DNA from: Polyangiaceae bacterium
GTDB lineage: Bacteria > Myxococcota_A > Polyangia > Polyangiales > Polyangiaceae
DNA length: 64,000 bases
Assembly (NCBI GenBank): GCA_033763455.1
Contig: JANRKO010000020.1
Location: forward strand, 32,001-96,000
Direction: 5' to 3'
In this document: piece by piece, positions 40,264-50,094 of the stretch
Numbering within the stretch: the stretch's first letter is position 1
Layout of the letters: every line of letters begins with the position of its first letter
The notes under the pieces: model-generated
What the model was told of the DNA's origin: nothing
Databases searched by the model: none
Seen by the model: the letters and a program-made list of their open reading frames with translations, nothing else
Position numbers and translations under genes: made by a program

Positions 40264-42740
40264 CCTTTGGCCTCATTATTCACGCTTCCTATTGGAAGCT
40301 CGAACTCGAAGGTAGTGCCGCCTTCGGTGCAACGGAAGTCAAGCCTTCCGCCCAACTGATCCACGATGGCCTTGGCAATGCTGAGGCCAAGCCCCGTTCC
40401 ACTCACGTGCCGTTCGTCAGAAGCATCCGCCTGAGCAAATCGTTCAAATACTCGGCCTTGGAATTCAGAAGGGATCCCTGGGCCGTGATCCGTGACAGCC
40501 GTGACTACAAAGCCGGACTTCTTTGTGACTCGGACCTCGATGGTAGAGGCGGCCGGGGAAAATTTCTGAGCATTTGAGAGCAGATTCGTCAGCACCTGCA
40601 GCACACGCTCGGGGTCAGTGATGCACCAACAAGGTTCAGGAGCATCGAGTACGAAAGCGACGCTTGTGGTGGAATGTATTGCCCGCATATCCGCTATTGC
40701 GCGCGCTGCGACATCGCACACGTCAACTTGGCTGAGCTCAAAATTCAGAGTGCCTCGCTCCACCTTTCCAATATCCAAGATGTCGTCCACAAGGCGCGTC
40801 AGGCGCCTGGCACTCATCAACGCCATTCGTACCATTTCACGCGGCCCCTCCGCGAGCTCCCCAGCCACCCCTCCGTCAAGCAACCCCAGGGCCCCGCGGA
40901 TAGCGGTAAGGGGGGTGCGCAGCTCGTGGCTCACGCTCGAGACAAACTCAGACTTCAGCCGTTCCACTCTCTTGCGCTCAGAGATGTCTCGCACGACCGC
41001 TACCAGGCTATGCTGGCTGCCAACTTCGACGTTGTTGAACGACACCTCGGCAGGGAATCTGGAGCCATCAGAGCGTACTCCCACAAGCTCCACCGGCGCC
41101 CCGATCAATCCATCATCCGGGCGCGCATGTTTGAGGAACTCCATTCCTAAGTCGCTCCTCGGGTCGATCAATAGTGACCCCACCTGGCTCTTAAGCAGCT
41201 CCGCAAGCTCTCTGCCGAAGAGCCGCGTTGTTGCCGGATTCGCCCGCTGAATGTTGCCCTCTTTATCGAACGCAATAATGGCGTCCCCTGCGGCATCCAC
41301 CACGGCGCGCAGACGTTCTTCGCTTTGTTGCAGTGCTTTTTCAGCCGAAGCGCGCAGCTCTTGGGTTCGAAAGGCCTGAATGATCGTGCCGCAAGTGGCC
41401 AAAAATGGCTCCAAGAACGCCACTAACTCCTCGGAGTAGCCCCCCTCGCGGTTCGCAACACCCAGCAAGCCGACGAGAGCATCCCCCATAAAGAGAGGCA
41501 GCCCAAGGAAGGCTTTGAGCGGTGGATGCCCAGGAGGCAGCCCCCCACGTCGATGATCCGAGCTCGGCTCATTGGCTATTACCGCGCTTCGGGTGGTAAT
41601 CACCCGCCCAAAAAGGTTGTCAAGATTTCGGAACGCGATCCCGGTTGTTGCGGCACCCCGGTACACCTCGCGCGAAGCCTCGTCCCATGCCACGTCAGAG
41701 AGCGCGTGACATTTCAAATAGGGCTTGCCCGCCTCACCTTCCACCACTTCTCCAATAAAGCCATAACTGCTCCCGGTCGCTCTTAGTAGACCTTCCAAGA
41801 GCAACTGGAACCAGGTCCCTGGGTCTCGCTGCTCAATTAAGCAGCTCTGCGCTTCGCTGATGCACGCGAGCAATGCGTGTGACTGTTGAGCGCCCTCAGC
41901 CGCCCTCACGCGTTCGGTAATGTCGTGCCCCACCAAGTACGTCACATTCTCGGCGGGATCGTGGCTTGCACTCCACGAAACCCAAAGGAAGCCTTCCCCC
42001 TTCTTCAACATGCGAACGTCGAACCCGGTCGACTCGCCACTCTTCACGCGTTCCAGTGCCGTTTTCACACCCGCAACGTCGTCCGCGTGAACTAGCCCAC
42101 CCCAGCCGAGCAGACTGATCTCTCCGACAGAAAATCGGAGGTGCTGCCCCCAGACTGGGTTGCTCTCCAAAATCTCCCCAGTTGGTGCGACGATCGCCGC
42201 GAAAGTTTGGGCAGCGGCGAAGAGCCTCCGGTACGTTTCAGCGGCGATCCGTTGGCGACGCAACTCCAACGTCCGCATCACTTGTCGAGCAAAGAGCTGC
42301 AGTGTTTCGAGTTGCTCCGCGCGCAGTGTGCGCGGGCGCTGATCGATCACGCAGAAGGTGCCAAGCACGTATCCCTCGGGGGTGAGAAGCGGCGCACCCG
42401 CGTAGAACCTGATCTTGGGCCCACCCGTAACGAGTGGGTTGTCTAAGAAGCGAACATCCTCCCGCGTATCTTCCACGATGAGCGGCACCCCATCGGCCAC
42501 CACGTGCCCGCAAAACGAAACCTCGCGCGGAGTTTCGCTAGCACTAATTCCGTAGCGTGACTTGAACCACTGGCGCCCCTCATCCACAAAAGAGATGAGC
42601 GCAACCGGCACCTCGAAGGTGCGAGCTACCAATTCGACGAATTCATCGAACACGAGCTCAGCTTCTGAATCCAACACCCCGTAACGCCGCAGCGCATTCA
42701 AGCGCTTAACTTCGTTCTCTGGCAGAGCTGGCGGCTTCAC
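40260..42740 (-). CDS. Soluble histidine kinase GAF-PAS-GAF-PAS-HisKA-HATPase
   Basis: RQWFKS..SFCGH..IRFYAGAPL GAF; GLPPGHPPL GAF; SHELRTPL; NLLSNAQKF; GTGLGL. Confidence 0.93.
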   Translation of the reverse strand: MKPPALPENEVKRLNALRRYGVLDSEAELVFDEFVELVARTFEVPVALISFVDEGRQWFKSRYGISASETPREVSFCGHVVADGVPLIVEDTREDVRFLDNPLVTGGPKIRFYAGAPLLTPEGYVLGTFCVIDQRPRTLRAEQLETLQLFARQVMRTLELRRQRIAAETYRRLFAAAQTFAAIVAPTGEILESNPVWGQHLRFSVGEISLLGWGGLVHADDVAGVKTALERVKSGESTGFDVRMLKKGEGFLWVSWSASHDPAENVTYLVGHDITERVRAAEGAQQSHALLACISEAQSCLIEQRDPGTWFQLLLEGLLRATGSSYGFIGEVVEGEAGKPYLKCHALSDVAWDEASREVYRGAATTGIAFRNLDNLFGRVITTRSAVIANEPSSDHRRGGLPPGHPPLKAFLGLPLFMGDALVGLLGVANREGGYSEELVAFLEPFLATCGTIIQAFRTQELRASAEKALQQSEERLRAVVDAAGDAIIAFDKEGNIQRANPATTRLFGRELAELLKSQVGSLLIDPRSDLGMEFLKHARPDDGLIGAPVELVGVRSDGSRFPAEVSFNNVEVGSQHSLVAVVRDISERKRVERLKSEFVSSVSHELRTPLTAIRGALGLLDGGVAGELAEGPREMVRMALMSARRLTRLVDDILDIGKVERGTLNFELSQVDVCDVAARAIADMRAIHSTTSVAFVLDAPEPCWCITDPERVLQVLTNLLSNAQKFSPAASTIEVRVTKKSGFVVTAVTDHGPGIPSEFQGRVFERFAQADASDERHVSGTGLGLSIAKAIVDQLGGRLDFRCTEGGTTFEFELPIGSVNNEAKG

Positions 42741-42742
42741 GG

Positions 42743-43123
42743 CTAACCTTCCTCGCCAAGTAATCTACGCAGCTCACTCGGAAGCTTCATGGGATCGAAC
42801 GGCTTTGGAATAACGCCTGAAGCCCCCATTTCCACGTAGGCCTGCACCTCGTGCTTCTGGACTTTGGCAGTTAAAAAAACCACGCGAATGTTAGCCAACG
42901 CTGCTCGTTTTCGGATCTCAAGCAGCGTGGTTGGGCCGTCCATTCCCGGCATCATCACGTCCAGGAGGATCACGTCAGGAAGCTCACGTTCGGCGACTTC
43001 GAGTGCCTCTTTTCCCGAGCCGGCAAGGAAGGTCTTCCAACCGCCCACTCTTTCCAAACTCAATCGACTGATCGTGCGAAGATCCGGTTCATCGTCCACC
43101 ACAAGCACTTTAGAAATCGACAT
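42743..43123 (-). CDS. Single-domain response regulator
   Basis: VLVVDDE, LLDVMMP, FLTAK, PKPFDP. Confidence 0.92.
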   Translation of the reverse strand: MSISKVLVVDDEPDLRTISRLSLERVGGWKTFLAGSGKEALEVAERELPDVILLDVMMPGMDGPTTLLEIRKRAALANIRVVFLTAKVQKHEVQAYVEMGASGVIPKPFDPMKLPSELRRLLGEEG

Positions 43124-43635
43124 AGGAACCCACGGGGACCGAATGAACACGACAGGATAAAAGCAATACGCCTACCTTCGCAAACAGGTTAGCCCACTTG
43201 CGCTAAGCATATCCAATTACAACATTCACCGGATCTAACGAATCAACACGCGGGCTGCAGGCACTTCTCATACAGAAAGAGCCTTTTTACACAGCAACGA
43301 CGCTGACCAACTTGCAACAGCCGCGCGCATGCGTCCGACCTCAAAAGCAGCGTGTTACTCATGCTAGCAAGCGCGTCCACGTTGTGCGTTCGCGGCATCG
43401 TGTCGCCGTGTTCCTCATGGCAATACTCAAGCCCCCAAACCATCAGGCTCGAGATGCGCAAACGCGAATCGACGAGTTGTCCCCGATGGCGAGGCTGCAT
43501 CCGAACGGCAGCAGACGTACGCGGGGCCTTCGGTGACCCCTCCCTATCCAACGTACGTTTGGAAGAGGCGAATCGCACACCTCAAACCCCAAACGCACAC
43601 CCCTCTGTGAACTATCTGAAACTCTTGAGCTTTTT

Positions 43636-43710
<75 letters not shown>

Positions 43711-43896
43711 GAGCGCGGTGAGGGCGGCTTCATACCATAGGGACCCCAGCGCACAAGAGGGAAAAGACTGTCGACCGCACGGCCGTTTTGAATGTTGTCG
43801 CATATATAGCGATGCGCCGGGCTTGGCGCCCTGAAGGCGCGACACCCTGGCTTTCTGGAGGGCATCTGGGCCACTCTCAGCCCACCGTTGACCCTT

Positions 43897-44619
43897 ATGA
43901 AGGAAAAGTCGAACAACCCGCCTGAGGGCACGGGAGCCCCCACGGGGCGCCCTCGATTGTTCCTCCTCCTCCTTCCCATGGTCGCTCTGTTCGCCCTGTG
44001 GTGGGTATTGCCGGTCGCCGAGTGGGTGCTGCGCACGGCTCGCTTTATTCAAGATCTCGGCCCTTGGGGAATCGCTGCGTACGCGTTCTTGTACATAGTG
44101 GCTATTCTCGCGCTTGCGCCTGGCACCATGCTGACCCTTGCGGGAGGTTTCATCTGGGGGCCTCTTGTCGGCACCCTGATCGCGTGGCCCACGGCTACGG
44201 TGGCTTCTACCACAGCATTCCTAGTCGGACGTTATCTTGCACACGAACAAGCCGAACGAATATTTGGCAGGCGACCCTTGTTCCTCGCTGTGGTGCGAGC
44301 TGTAGAGCGAGATGGCATCAAAATCATCGCCCTCTTGCGCCTGTCCCCAGTGATGCCGTTCAATTTCTTCAACTACGCGTTTGGCCTCACCCGGCTACGC
44401 GTGAGAACCTTTGCGCTCGGAAACGTGATCGGGATTTTACCCAATACCGTGCTCTACGCGTACCTGGGGTCCCTCGCGAAGAGCGTGACCGAACTTGGCA
44501 GTGGGGGAGCCAAAGTGCCTGGAGCCCTGTATTGGATTGGCCTGCTCATCACTGTTGGTGTCGCACTATTTGTGGCCCGCTCGGCGAAGCGCGCGCTCGA
44601 CGAACAAGCATTCGGTTGA
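43897..44619 (+). CDS. TVP38/TMEM64 (DedA/VTT) family membrane protein
   Basis: PGTMLTLAGGFIWG, FLVGRY, LLRLSPVMPFNFFNYAFG, GILP. Confidence 0.9.
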   Translation: MKEKSNNPPEGTGAPTGRPRLFLLLLPMVALFALWWVLPVAEWVLRTARFIQDLGPWGIAAYAFLYIVAILALAPGTMLTLAGGFIWGPLVGTLIAWPTATVASTTAFLVGRYLAHEQAERIFGRRPLFLAVVRAVERDGIKIIALLRLSPVMPFNFFNYAFGLTRLRVRTFALGNVIGILPNTVLYAYLGSLAKSVTELGSGGAKVPGALYWIGLLITVGVALFVARSAKRALDEQAFG

Positions 44620-44663
44620 GCCCCAATTGCATACCACCCTCCCTGCAACTACCTTGAGCGGGC

Positions 44664-45524
44664 ATGGATAAATTTTTCGTGCCCCTCGGGCACTTGCCAC
44701 GCAGCTTTCCCGGGCCTCCTCCGGTGGCAACCATTGGGTTTATCCCAGAGAAGAGCGAATGTTTGGATCGCATCTTCGACAGCTTCAACTTCTCATTTAT
44801 CCTCAAGGGCGGTGGATTTTATCACCTAGAGGGCTTTGAAACGGACGTTGTTGCACCCTATGTGATCACGCAATGGCCCAGCAGAAGGGCCTCTTATGGC
44901 CCGAGCGGGCGTTGGCAAACTTGGCAAGAGCTCTACGTCGTCTATAGCTCCGAATACCTGCCCGAGTTGCAGCGGAGAAACCTCGCACGGTTAGACAAAC
45001 CGGCTTGGTCCATCCAGCGCACCGGTGCATGGCGAGAGCCACTGGATACTTTGTTTCAAATTCTCAGGCGCCCCAATCACCACAAGGAGCCGGACCGCAT
45101 CGATCGCCTCTGCGAGCAGCTATTTTTCGAGAGCGCTTCGGGGGAGCAAAAAGCGCCACCCAGCCGAGAGGAGGACCTCGTCCGAACCGTGCAGGCACGC
45201 CTCAAAGCGCAACTGCCAGCGGTCCACGATTTTGACGCCATCGCGCGTTCCCTGGGAGTCGCGCCGATTACGTTCCGGCGCTATTGGAGCAAGTACGTTG
45301 ACGAGCCCCCGGCCCGCTACGTCACGAGCCTGCGCGTACAGGAAGCCCAACGGCTTTTACTACAAACAGTTCGTTCTGTAGCCGACATCGCACGCGGTTT
45401 AGGCTTCGACGATCCACTGTATTTTTCGCGCGTATTTCGCAAACAAACCGGCCTTACGGCAAGTGAATACCGCCGCCACTTTCACCCAGCTGGCCTTGAG
45501 CGGAACCCGCCGGACCTCAGATAA
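44664..45524 (+). CDS. AraC-family transcriptional regulator
   Basis: C-terminal IARGLGFDDPLYFSRVFRKQTGLTASEYR. Confidence 0.92.
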   Translation: MDKFFVPLGHLPRSFPGPPPVATIGFIPEKSECLDRIFDSFNFSFILKGGGFYHLEGFETDVVAPYVITQWPSRRASYGPSGRWQTWQELYVVYSSEYLPELQRRNLARLDKPAWSIQRTGAWREPLDTLFQILRRPNHHKEPDRIDRLCEQLFFESASGEQKAPPSREEDLVRTVQARLKAQLPAVHDFDAIARSLGVAPITFRRYWSKYVDEPPARYVTSLRVQEAQRLLLQTVRSVADIARGLGFDDPLYFSRVFRKQTGLTASEYRRHFHPAGLERNPPDLR

Positions 45525-46617
45525 CGCCCAGTGGCAGCCCAAAGGTTTCCGCTACGGCCTGATTCACCACCCTGCCCTGGTACATATTCACCGCGCTTCG
45601 AATGGTTGGGTTCTTCTCGATCGCGCCCAAGAGGCCGCGCCCCGCCAAGCTGAGTACGTAAGGCACCGTAGCGTTACACAGCGCGTACGTGCTCGTACGC
45701 CCAACCGCTCCTGGCATGTTGGCAACCGAATAGTGCACCACATCGTGAATAATATAGGTGGGGTTGGCGTGCGTGGTGGGGCGCGTGGTTTCAAAACACC
45801 CCCCTTGATCAACGGCAACGTCCACAACCACAGCGCCGGATTTCATGCGTTTTAGATCTTCTTTTTCCACCAGGCGTGGTGCGCGAGCGCCACGAATCAG
45901 TACGGCACCGATCACCAAATCAGCGCGCGTCAGTTGGTCCCGAATCGTGTGTCGGTCGCTGAACAACGTGGTCACATTCGGTGGCATCACGTCGTCCAGA
46001 TAGCGCAAACGATCGAGGTTATTGTCCAAAATCACCACATTGGCGCCAAAGCCCGCGGCAACCTTGGCCGCATTGGTGCCCACCACACCGCCGCCGAATA
46101 TAGTGATGTGCGCTGGCTCCACGCCGGGCACCCCGCCGAGCAAAATGCCCCGCCCCTCTTGGGGGCGTTCTAGATATTTGGCCCCTTCCTGAATACTCAT
46201 GCGCCCTGCCACCTCGCTCATAGGCGTTAATAAAGGAAGGCGTCCGCTCGCATCTTCGAGCGTTTCGTAGGCAATCGCGCTGCAGCCGGTAGCAAGAATG
46301 CTACGGGTGAGCGTTTCATCGGCAGCAAAGTGAAAATAGGTAAAAACGTTTTGGCCGCTTCGAATTTTGGGCCACTCCTCGGGCTGAGGCTCTTTCACCT
46401 TCACGATGAGCTCAGCTTCGCCCCACACCCGGTCTGGGCCATCCACCAGCACAGCACCTTGCTCTTCGTATTCGGAGTCCAAAAGGCCGCTTCCTATGCC
46501 AGCCCCTTTTTGTACCAAAACAACGTGCCCTCGCCGCACTAACTCATCCACACCGGAGGGCAAAAGAGCAACGCGGTACTCGTGCGATTTTACTTCTTTG
46601 GGGACACCGACAATCAT
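45517..46617 (-). CDS. ald: Alanine dehydrogenase
   Basis: GVPKEVKSHEYRV, KVKEP, FTYFHFAA, PMSEVAGR, GGGVVG, DVAVDQGG, VANMPG. Confidence 0.96.
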   Translation of the reverse strand: MIVGVPKEVKSHEYRVALLPSGVDELVRRGHVVLVQKGAGIGSGLLDSEYEEQGAVLVDGPDRVWGEAELIVKVKEPQPEEWPKIRSGQNVFTYFHFAADETLTRSILATGCSAIAYETLEDASGRLPLLTPMSEVAGRMSIQEGAKYLERPQEGRGILLGGVPGVEPAHITIFGGGVVGTNAAKVAAGFGANVVILDNNLDRLRYLDDVMPPNVTTLFSDRHTIRDQLTRADLVIGAVLIRGARAPRLVEKEDLKRMKSGAVVVDVAVDQGGCFETTRPTTHANPTYIIHDVVHYSVANMPGAVGRTSTYALCNATVPYVLSLAGRGLLGAIEKNPTIRSAVNMYQGRVVNQAVAETFGLPLGVI

Positions 46618-46717
46618 GATCGTTCTATTCCTTGTGGCTGGGTCACGCGGGGTTGACCATGCACAAGCCTACGGCCATATTTCATGCTCGGCTAAGCCAC
46701 GAACCTGGGCGCCCCCG

Positions 46718-47062
46718 TTGTTAGGCGCGGCCCCGCTCGGGCCCGGGCCTAAGCCCTGCCTTGCGTGCGGGGCATGCTGTTTTTCGGAGCTCTCAAGCTA
46801 CGTACGAGTCACGGGGACGGACCATGCCCGCCTGGGGGAGCGAGCGCTCGCCCTTGCCGATTTCGATGGGAACCAAGCCTTCATGCGTATGCAAGATGGG
46901 CACTGCGCCGCCTTGATTCTGGACCGAGCAACCAGCCAATGGTGGTGCACCGTCTACGACACGCGGCCCGAAGTATGTCGGGCTCTCGAACGCGGCTCGG
47001 CTGAGTGCTCCGCGGAACGTTCAGCGGCCGCTACTACTGTTGACCAGGCACCGCTGAGATGA
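46718..47062 (+). CDS. YkgJ-family CxxCxxCC metal-chelating protein
   Basis: CLACGACC...CAAL...CTVYDTRPEVCR. TTG start is tentative. Confidence 0.75.
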   Translation: MLGAAPLGPGPKPCLACGACCFSELSSYVRVTGTDHARLGERALALADFDGNQAFMRMQDGHCAALILDRATSQWWCTVYDTRPEVCRALERGSAECSAERSAAATTVDQAPLR

Positions 47063-47163
47063 GTTGCGGGCCGCCTGTTACCCCGCACAACGAGGTACTT
47101 GGCATGACAAGTACCTCAGCGACGGCCCCAATGACACCCAGACCAGCGCCGGACTGGTCTAAC

Positions 47164-47952
47164 CTATAGCAAGCAAAGCTGCAGCAGATCTCGCTCAACC
47201 GCGCAGATCCCAGTGGCCCCAGTGGCAGCAATGCCGATCTGGTGAACCATACCCACGAGATCAATCCCAATGTACCCCAGCGGATTGACAGGATCCGCGC
47301 CGTACACCGTGCCGAAGGTAGGATCCACAGGGTCCCATGCCACCACGAAGTAGCTTTGCGTAACTCGACCGACGCACGTGGACGTACTGAATCCGTCAAA
47401 ACTGCAGTCGAAATCTTCGGCGAATTCAAAAACGGTATAGTACAAGCTGAAACAGAACGCCGCCGTTGCCGCGGGCGCCGCGGTTGAACTTTGCAGCTGA
47501 ATCACCGGGCTGCAAACCGGCGTGCCACCACTGGTTCCACCTGTATTGGGTGTCCCACCAGTGCTTCCAGGAACGCCACCACTACCAGGCACCCCGCCGG
47601 TGCTTCCCGGAACGCCACCACTGCTTCCAGGCATCCCTCCACTCGCCATCTGACTTCCACCGGAATTGCTCGCCCCGCCGATGCCCATCGCCATGCCACC
47701 GGTGCTTGCACTCGGTTGTCCGCCTGAAGCCGCTCCACCGATACCAGAACCTGGTGCGACAACACACTTCTTCGACATGCAGGTGAGGCCTGCGCTGCAT
47801 GTATCATTGGGGAAACACGCCTGCCCATTGCTCCCGACTACGGCCTCATCGCCGAAATTCCGGTCCGGTGCGCCACACGCAACAGCTACCGCCAGTGTTG
47901 TCCCAAGAGCCCAAAACGCGTGAGTTACCCGCATAAGACCCGATGCAAACAC
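47164..47952 (-). CDS. Lipoprotein with Cys-rich module and Gly/Ser/Thr-rich linker
   Basis: Lipobox AVAC, C-x5-C-x5-C-x4-C module, GG(V/M)PGS(T/S) repeats. Confidence 0.7.
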   Translation of the reverse strand: MFASGLMRVTHAFWALGTTLAVAVACGAPDRNFGDEAVVGSNGQACFPNDTCSAGLTCMSKKCVVAPGSGIGGAASGGQPSASTGGMAMGIGGASNSGGSQMASGGMPGSSGGVPGSTGGVPGSGGVPGSTGGTPNTGGTSGGTPVCSPVIQLQSSTAAPAATAAFCFSLYYTVFEFAEDFDCSFDGFSTSTCVGRVTQSYFVVAWDPVDPTFGTVYGADPVNPLGYIGIDLVGMVHQIGIAATGATGICAVERDLLQLCLL

Positions 47953-47979
47953 ATCGGCGAAGGCCTAGCAATGCTGGAA

Positions 47980-50094
47980 TTATTGGCCTCGGCCCGGATG
48001 CGGGCGGGCCTGTTTTACAGCCAAAACCGGCACTTGCCCCGGGGGCGCGTCGAACTTGAATTCCACATCCATTCCGTAATACCCAAGCATATCAGCAGGT
48101 GGGGCGTAAGCCGGCGCGAAGTATTGGTGGATTTGGTCGAGCGCCACTCCGAGCTCGTACGTCTGCTCAGCGCTCAGCACCGTGCTACCCGCCTTCACGA
48201 GGTTCGAGTGCGCGAGAAACACGATGGGCTGCCCGGGGGAGTAGAAGTGATAAACAAACTGATCCGTCGTTGTCCCGGGATCCGGCTGCACTACCGACGC
48301 TTCACCCGCTTGCACATTCACATAGAAGCTTGGTTCAAGGCCCGAAACATCAAATGGATTCGAGGTGAGCGCCACGCCATTCGCCTCCTCGTCCGGAAAG
48401 GAGTGAGGCACCAAAAGCGCCATACCGACAGCCTTGTGATCAATGCTCCGGTACTCGCGCTCCTCAAAAGCACGAAAGCTCCACACGCTGGCCCAAACGG
48501 TGCGAACCGCGTTCAAGACGGGGCGCTTCGGGTCCCCGGGCTGCCCACTGACTGACGTGTACAAGCCAGCTCCGGTGAATCCCTCCAGATCTTCCGCATT
48601 GGTACTCGAACGAAAACGCATCCGCACCCCGGGGTAGTCAGCCTGGAGCTTGGCTAGCAGCAGCCCTTCAAACTCTGCATCCACCGGTGCCACTAGCATC
48701 GCGGCGCGCAGCTCGGCGAGCTTCTGATCGCGAAGCTTAGGATCTGCACGAAAAGCGCTGTCCGCCAAGAGCTCATCGACCCTGGCGAAGAACCCATTCT
48801 GTTCCATGAACTGATAATAAAACCAAACCGGAATGCCGAAGGCTTTGGCCACGGGCAACCCCGGGATCTGCGTTAAGACGGAGTAGTGCGAAGCCTTACC
48901 GCCAAATGCGGGAATTGCTGCAGAAATGGCCGCTTTGAGTGGGCCGCTCACGTCCACAATCGACTCTATGTTGGCAAGCTCACGCACGCTCAGATCCAAG
49001 CGTGGCACCTGCACTTGAGTTGGCTTATGCGACTGCCAATAGGCTTCCGCTTCATCAAAGCTAACTTCCTCCACCTTGTATTCAAAGGCGCCCACCGTGA
49101 GCCGAACCCACTTTCCTTCCAAGTTACGCAACTCTGCGTTCGTGGTAGCGTGGCGCAACGCCATATTCGGCGTCCCCCGGTTTTGCGACAACACGTTCAC
49201 ATGCGAAAGCGGGGTCTGAAACTCTTCAGTAATAATGCCGCTCACCACCGAAATGTCATTCGGCACGCGATCAAGGACTACAATATCCCGAAAGCCAACG
49301 TAATCCGTGCCAAGGTTCGCTTCTTGAACAAAGCGCAGGTAGCCTATCGTGACACCCAAGTTGAGTGGTTGATAGTCAATCCCTGAAAATAGGGTATCGT
49401 TCGTGAGGTAGGGGGCGCTTGCGGAAAGCTTGCGCGCCACAAGTTCCAGGCTGCTGGAGGTGGGGTGAAAGAGCAGATCCTTGCCGAAGTAAGCGTGTGC
49501 CTTCACCGCTTCCATGAGCTTCTCGATCAAAGAAACATCGGCCGTGTCGTACGGTGCGATTTCCAGGGCCCATGTTTGGGCCCCCTCGTAGAAGGTGACC
49601 GCCCCTAAAATGAAGCGCCGATCTGGAGAGTAATACTCGGTGCGGTTGAAGTCCGCGAGGGAGCCCACAATCGGCAGCGCTCCACCCGAGAGGTTCTTGG
49701 AAGCGAACTCCCAGTGGATCGGGAATTGGTTACTATTCTGAAAGTACAACTTATCGCCGTCGGCCCGATCGAGCACGACCTTAGCAGAGCGTGCGCCCGG
49801 AATGGTGGCATTCGCCGGGATGGAGGCGAGCACATCGAAATCCCTACGGCAACCCAGATGGCTCAGAAAGCTCGGAGCCGCTTCATCTGAAGCGACACAC
49901 GCGCCTTCCACTGACTGAAGTGGAGGGATGGCCGTTACACGCGGACCATAGTCAACCGCTTCTGGCTCCTTGCTACTACAAGCAACGCTCCAGATGGCCA
50001 AAAGCAACAGCCACCATTGCGCCGATCTCACGGCTGCGCGACTTTGGCCAACCAACGCACGGCTCGCACTTTGCACATTTCCCATAACACTCAC
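47980..50094 (-). CDS. Exported lipoprotein dikinase: N-terminal domain, phospho-His domain, PPDK-type ATP-grasp domain
   Basis: Hydrophobic stretch plus SVAC lipobox; IITEEFQTPLSHVNVLSQNRGTPN; FGGKA, RFRSSTNAEDLEGFTGAGLYTS, VWASVW, MDVEFK, KQARP. Confidence 0.85.
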   Translation of the reverse strand: MSVMGNVQSASRALVGQSRAAVRSAQWWLLLLAIWSVACSSKEPEAVDYGPRVTAIPPLQSVEGACVASDEAAPSFLSHLGCRRDFDVLASIPANATIPGARSAKVVLDRADGDKLYFQNSNQFPIHWEFASKNLSGGALPIVGSLADFNRTEYYSPDRRFILGAVTFYEGAQTWALEIAPYDTADVSLIEKLMEAVKAHAYFGKDLLFHPTSSSLELVARKLSASAPYLTNDTLFSGIDYQPLNLGVTIGYLRFVQEANLGTDYVGFRDIVVLDRVPNDISVVSGIITEEFQTPLSHVNVLSQNRGTPNMALRHATTNAELRNLEGKWVRLTVGAFEYKVEEVSFDEAEAYWQSHKPTQVQVPRLDLSVRELANIESIVDVSGPLKAAISAAIPAFGGKASHYSVLTQIPGLPVAKAFGIPVWFYYQFMEQNGFFARVDELLADSAFRADPKLRDQKLAELRAAMLVAPVDAEFEGLLLAKLQADYPGVRMRFRSSTNAEDLEGFTGAGLYTSVSGQPGDPKRPVLNAVRTVWASVWSFRAFEEREYRSIDHKAVGMALLVPHSFPDEEANGVALTSNPFDVSGLEPSFYVNVQAGEASVVQPDPGTTTDQFVYHFYSPGQPIVFLAHSNLVKAGSTVLSAEQTYELGVALDQIHQYFAPAYAPPADMLGYYGMDVEFKFDAPPGQVPVLAVKQARPHPGRGQ

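Noticed and set aside
43160..43630. Possible gene or ncRNA between the REC gene and tRNA-Asp
   Set aside because: The short ORFs on both strands lack an RBS or motifs, no convincing structure was found, and a sigma54-like site near 43180 has wrong spacing.
46406..46717. Long N-terminus of the YkgJ-family ORF
   Set aside because: It overlaps ald in antisense; the recognisable domain starts at the CxxCxxCC motif.
47980..50094. Annotation as PEP synthase or rifampin phosphotransferase
   Set aside because: It has no pyruvate-binding barrel, the domain order is reversed, and a lipoprotein signal is present.
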